DNA of 64,000 nt from Candidatus Methylomirabilota bacterium. Lineage in GTDB: Bacteria; Methylomirabilota; Methylomirabilia; Rokubacteriales; CSP1-6. Numbering within the stretch: the first letter of the stretch is position 1; every line of letters begins with the position of its first letter. The position numbers and the translations under genes were made by a program. Below, piece by piece: positions 63,779 through 64,000 of this stretch. The DNA lies in contig DASSSH010000026.1 of NCBI GenBank assembly GCA_035708525.1, forward strand, positions 478-64,477, in the 5' to 3' direction. The notes beneath the pieces are model-generated. The model saw only the letters and a list, made by a program, of their open reading frames with translations. It was not told where the DNA came from and did not search any database.

Positions 63779-64000
63779 ATGGCCGCAGAGGTTTCTCGTC
63801 GTGACTTCCTGAGCCAGCTGGGGGTGACCGTGGGCGCCGCCGCGGCCACCGCGTCGACCGCGCTGCCGCTGGTTGGCAAGGCCGAAGCCCAGCCAAAGGG
63901 CAGCATTCCGGATACACCCTACAAGATCGGCCACATGACCTTCTTCACGGGCCCTGCTGCCGTCCTCGGTGAGCCCTCGTACAAAGGGCATATCCTGGCG
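63779..64000 (+). CDS. Tat-signal periplasmic solute-binding protein (Leu/Ile/Val-type), 5' part only
   Basis: AGGAGGGA RBS. MAAEVSRRDFLSQLGVTVGAAAATA twin-Arg signal. The frame is open to the window end. Confidence 0.7.
   Translation, partial: MAAEVSRRDFLSQLGVTVGAAAATASTALPLVGKAEAQPKGSIPDTPYKIGHMTFFTGPAAVLGEPSYKGHILA

Noticed and set aside
1-64000. Global reassignment of TGA (code 4 or 25, giving Trp or Gly) as the explanation for the five in-frame TGAs.
   Set aside because: TGA terminates many well-delimited genes here, including the ATGA, GTGA and TTGA overlap junctions. All five internal TGAs fall on catalytic Cys positions rather than Trp or Gly positions. Very high GC is also atypical for the reassigned-code lineages.
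1-64000. Search for tRNA or tRNA-Sec, rRNA, CRISPR arrays, IS elements or prophage genes.
   Set aside because: I found no T-loop/acceptor-like sequences, no regularly spaced direct repeats, and no transposase, integrase or phage structural motifs by eye. A dedicated scan (tRNAscan-SE, Infernal, CRISPR finders) is still advisable.

Overview
Very GC-rich, gene-dense bacterial chromosomal segment with about 70 protein-coding genes on both strands. Many gene junctions overlap by 1-4 nt (ATGA, GTGA, TTGA, TGATG). I saw no rRNA, tRNA, CRISPR array, transposase or integrase. The gene content is soil/groundwater-type metabolism: several luciferase-like (F420/flavin) oxidoreductases, a P450-hydrolase-LLM-SDR operon, a tungsten-type aldehyde:ferredoxin oxidoreductase, malic enzyme, transketolase, enoyl-CoA hydratases, solute-binding proteins, a TetR-MFP-RND efflux operon, MscL, MsrA, a hybrid histidine kinase and a ParE-type toxin-antitoxin pair. 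The six-frame track also contains many long antisense ORFs, which are artefacts of the high GC content.

The main signal the ORF track does not explain is five genes that are each split by a single in-frame TGA. In every case the TGA sits exactly at a redox-active Cys position. Three are thioredoxin-fold proteins with W-[TGA]-P-x-C (1953..2516, 5986..6480, 6959..7441). Two are AhpD/CMD-like proteins with C-x-Y-[TGA] (46121..46693 on the minus strand, 59453..60016). Each TGA is followed 9-14 nt later by a stable hairpin. In the three thioredoxin-fold genes the hairpin has an AGUYN pentaloop starting exactly 19 nt from the U of UGA. I read these as selenocysteine (Sec) codons with bacterial SECIS elements, which implies a selenoprotein-rich organism.

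Three of these genes lie in a thiol/selenol-metal island (about 1.9-7.6 kb). It is organised around a MerR/CueR-type regulator with a copA-like 19-bp-spacer promoter and several small Cys-rich proteins.

The second notable locus is a tightly coupled glycan operon (26.1-34.6 kb, minus strand). It encodes a GH(clan A)-GT2 membrane synthase fusion, an MsbA-type ABC exporter, three tandem paralogues of an uncharacterised CgeB-like GT-B protein and an NTF2-like secreted protein. A Tat-secreted ChbG/YdjC deacetylase gene lies next to it.

All functional calls come from motif recognition by eye; no database search was run.
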